NCBI GenBank assembly: GCA_958296065.1 | Contig: CATQHX010000002.1 | Location: forward strand, 11,761 to 75,760 | DNA from: Vicinamibacterales bacterium | Lineage (GTDB): Bacteria > Acidobacteriota > Vicinamibacteria > Vicinamibacterales > UBA8438 | Length of the DNA stretch: 64,000 bases | Direction: 5' to 3' | In this document: positions 61,726-64,000 of the stretch, in pieces | Layout: the number at the start of each line of letters is the position of its first letter | Numbering within the stretch: position 1 is the stretch's first letter | The notes under the pieces: model-generated | Told to the model about the DNA's origin: nothing | The model's input: the letters and a program-made list of their open reading frames with translations, nothing else | Database searches by the model: none | Translations under genes and position numbers: made by a program

Positions 61726-63393
61726 TCACTCGATCGGGACGCCCCCGCAGGCCATCAGTTCGCGGTGCATCCAGAACGGCAGGCAACCCTGGTCGAGGAG
61801 CCGGTCGTGAAAGCGCAGCAGCGAGAAACCGTCCGCCTCGGACTCCTCGACGTCGGCGCGCAGCTTCTGCAACATCAGCTTGCCCAGCGAGTACACCACG
61901 TAGCCGGGATCGAAGGTTCCCCGCTCGGCCTCCTGCCGGGCGCTCGCCTCCTCGAGGTAGGCCTCCTCGCAGAAGAACCGGACTCCCTGCTCGACGGACA
62001 GATCCTGGGTGTGCAGCCGGATGCCCACGATGGTGCGGGCCAGGCGCACGAGCGCTTCGGCCAACTGCCCGAGACGCGTCTCGGGATTGCCGCGCTCGAA
62101 GCCCTCGTCCAGGACCATCTGCTCCGCGTAGTGAGCCCAACCCTCCACGAACGAGTTCGCCGCGAAGAACCCGGACTTCCGACAGGGGGACGACACGGCG
62201 CGCAGGTGCTCGAAGTGCAGGAAGTGGCCCGGAAACACCTCGTGGGCGGCGATCGACGAAAGGGTCGCGTAGCTCAGATCGCGCAGGTGTTCCTGCTGCC
62301 GCGCGGCCGACCACGACGTGTCGATGTTCGTGACGTAGTAGAAGGCCGGGATGTTCGTTGCTTCGAAGGGTCCCGGCGTCCAGAGGCTGGCCGTCGTCCA
62401 GCGCTGGAAGTCGGGCGTCGGACGCACTTGAACGCCGGCGTGCTCGGGGATGGTCACGATCCGTTTGCGCGTGAGGAAGGTCTTGAGCGCGTCCACCTGT
62501 TCCCCGGCTTCACGGACCAGCGTGTCCGGTGCGGGATGCCGGTCCTTGGTGCGGCGCCACGCGGTTTCCGCGTCCGGATCGATCTCGGCCGCCACGCGGG
62601 CGAAGGCGTCCTGCGTGGCATGCAACTCGTGCTGGGCGATGTCGAGCAGCCGGTCGGCCGGCAGATCGATTCCCTCTTCCAGGCGCAGCTTCTGCTCGAA
62701 TCGCGCCGTGCCGAGACGGAACGAGGCCCGGCTCTTCGGCGCCACGGCGTCCCGCAGGTGGGCAATGTGTTCGCGCAGCGCGTCGCCGGCCTCCATCGAC
62801 GTGTCCGCCAGCACCCCCAGCAGGTGCATGTCCTCCAGGTCGCGAAAGACGCGGGGCAGATCCCGCTCGACGAGCCCGAGAACCCCCTCGAACGATTCGA
62901 TGCCGACCTTGACGAACAGGCCGGGGGCCTCGGTCACGTTCTGGCGCGCGGCCTCCAGGAGCCGCGGAACCTGCCGCAGCTTGGAGCCGACGCGGCGCGC
63001 CCGTTCCGCCAGATCGGCGTAGGCGAACAGGGTCTGTCCGGCGAGGCTGGTGCCGAGGATGTCGGCATAGTAGAGGGGGCTGCGTTGCCAGTCGCGGATC
63101 TCCTCGAGCGCGAACAGGTGGCCGCGGATACGATCGCCCAGCATCCGCCGCTCGAGCGCCTCGACGGGCGTCAGGGCCGAAGGACTGATGCCGTCGAGAC
63201 GGCGGGCCCATCCTCCGAGTTCCCGGATCCGGTTGTCGACCGCCGAACGACTCAGGTCTTCCAGCAGATCATCGTGGGTATGGACGCCGTCGGCGGCCGC
63301 GGCCGTCGGGTACATCTCGTACAGATGAGCGAGGTGTTCCTCGACGAAGTGCGAGAGTGGCTCGGAGACGTGGGCGGTCGTCGACTGGCGCAT
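61726..63393 (-). CDS. DUF885 family protein
   Basis: Start MRQSTTAHV (ATG 63393). AAHEVFPGHFLHFEHL and GWAHYAEQM motifs are typical of DUF885. Stop lies 13 nt before mrpA. Confidence 0.8.
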   Translation of the reverse strand: MRQSTTAHVSEPLSHFVEEHLAHLYEMYPTAAAADGVHTHDDLLEDLSRSAVDNRIRELGGWARRLDGISPSALTPVEALERRMLGDRIRGHLFALEEIRDWQRSPLYYADILGTSLAGQTLFAYADLAERARRVGSKLRQVPRLLEAARQNVTEAPGLFVKVGIESFEGVLGLVERDLPRVFRDLEDMHLLGVLADTSMEAGDALREHIAHLRDAVAPKSRASFRLGTARFEQKLRLEEGIDLPADRLLDIAQHELHATQDAFARVAAEIDPDAETAWRRTKDRHPAPDTLVREAGEQVDALKTFLTRKRIVTIPEHAGVQVRPTPDFQRWTTASLWTPGPFEATNIPAFYYVTNIDTSWSAARQQEHLRDLSYATLSSIAAHEVFPGHFLHFEHLRAVSSPCRKSGFFAANSFVEGWAHYAEQMVLDEGFERGNPETRLGQLAEALVRLARTIVGIRLHTQDLSVEQGVRFFCEEAYLEEASARQEAERGTFDPGYVVYSLGKLMLQKLRADVEESEADGFSLLRFHDRLLDQGCLPFWMHRELMACGGVPIE

Positions 63394-63489
63394 CGGAGTG
63401 TCAAGCGAATGTTCAAGAGTGCGTCTTACCCCTTGATGGTACAATACTGCGTCACCCGGTCGTCTCGTGCGGTCGCGTGCTGAGATCTC

Positions 63490-64000
63490 GTGCCTTCTGC
63501 GCTCACGCCTGGCACACTTCACATCGTGTCGACCCCCATCGGCAATCTCGAAGATGTGACCTATCGCGCCATCCGAGTGCTCCGCGATGTCGATTTGATC
63601 GCGGCGGAGGACACTCGACGAACGGCCCGGTTGCTCGATCACTACGGGATCGCGACGCGGTGCATCAGCCTGCACGAGCACAACGAAGCACGCAGAACGG
63701 CGGGCCTGCTGGCGCGCCTGGCCGACGGTCAGACGCTGGCGATGGTGAGCGACGCCGGGACGCCGCTGATCTCGGATCCCGGGCGCAGGCTGGCGCGCGC
63801 GGCAATCGGAGCCGGTTTCCGCGTGGAAGCGGTTCCAGGGGCGAGCGCAGTGCTGACGGCGCTGGTCGCGTCCGGCCTGGCCGGTGATTCGTTCACGTTC
63901 GCTGGATTCCCACCGTCTAGGTCTAACGCCAGACAACAGTGGTACGGCGCACTTGCCCGCGAGCCGCGTCCCGTCGTGTTCTTCGAGGCGCCACACCGGA
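63490..64000 (+). CDS. rsmI: 16S rRNA (cytidine1402-2'-O)-methyltransferase RsmI, 3' end cut by window edge
   Basis: Not in the ORF track (no stop in the window). GTG 63490 follows an in-frame TGA. Translation GTLHIVSTPIGNLEDVTYRAIRVLRDVDLIAAEDTRRT...VSDAGTPLISDPG...PGASA. Confidence 0.88.
   Translation, partial: MPSALTPGTLHIVSTPIGNLEDVTYRAIRVLRDVDLIAAEDTRRTARLLDHYGIATRCISLHEHNEARRTAGLLARLADGQTLAMVSDAGTPLISDPGRRLARAAIGAGFRVEAVPGASAVLTALVASGLAGDSFTFAGFPPSRSNARQQWYGALAREPRPVVFFEAPHR

Overview
High-GC bacterial chromosome segment centred on the replication-origin neighbourhood. Gene content is diderm-type; the phylum cannot be determined without a database search. Core: rpmH-rnpA-yidD-yidC-jag-mnmE-mnmG-rsmG on the minus strand diverge from dnaA-dnaN-gyrB-gyrA on the plus strand. 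DnaA-box clusters lie on both sides of dnaA, and an AT-rich stretch precedes dnaN (candidate oriC). Further left on the minus strand: pyrF, a 1.1-kb non-coding gap, parA-parB with two parS palindromes, atpHAGDC without F0 genes, a PP2C phosphatase, an ABC-2 polysaccharide-exporter pair, mfd and a SurA-like PPIase. Left third: aminotransferase, M1 peptidase, DsbD, lipid kinase, CHASE3-like/GAF sensor, fabZ, PCYCGC protein, a hybrid histidine kinase / FliA-type sigma / sigma-54 activator island, a DUF1501-DUF1800 pair, Nudix, dusB, and a secreted protein made of five ~147-aa tandem repeats. Right end: lipoprotein, a six-gene Mrp antiporter operon (fused MrpA/B) preceded by DUF885, and the start of rsmI. 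I saw no rRNA, tRNA, CRISPR, transposase, integrase or recognisable defence genes. No clear novel multi-gene system stands out. Five things are not explained by routine annotation: (1) a ~110-bp double-hairpin intergenic repeat family (5 full copies plus fragments); (2) the tandem-repeat protein; (3) divergent near-consensus promoters with long hairpin-rich leaders; (4) several -10 boxes only 5-10 nt from start codons (leaderless candidates); (5) the large non-coding gap beside parA. Many long ORFs in the track are antisense or off-frame shadows typical of high-GC DNA and were rejected. All family calls come from motif recognition only; no searches were run.
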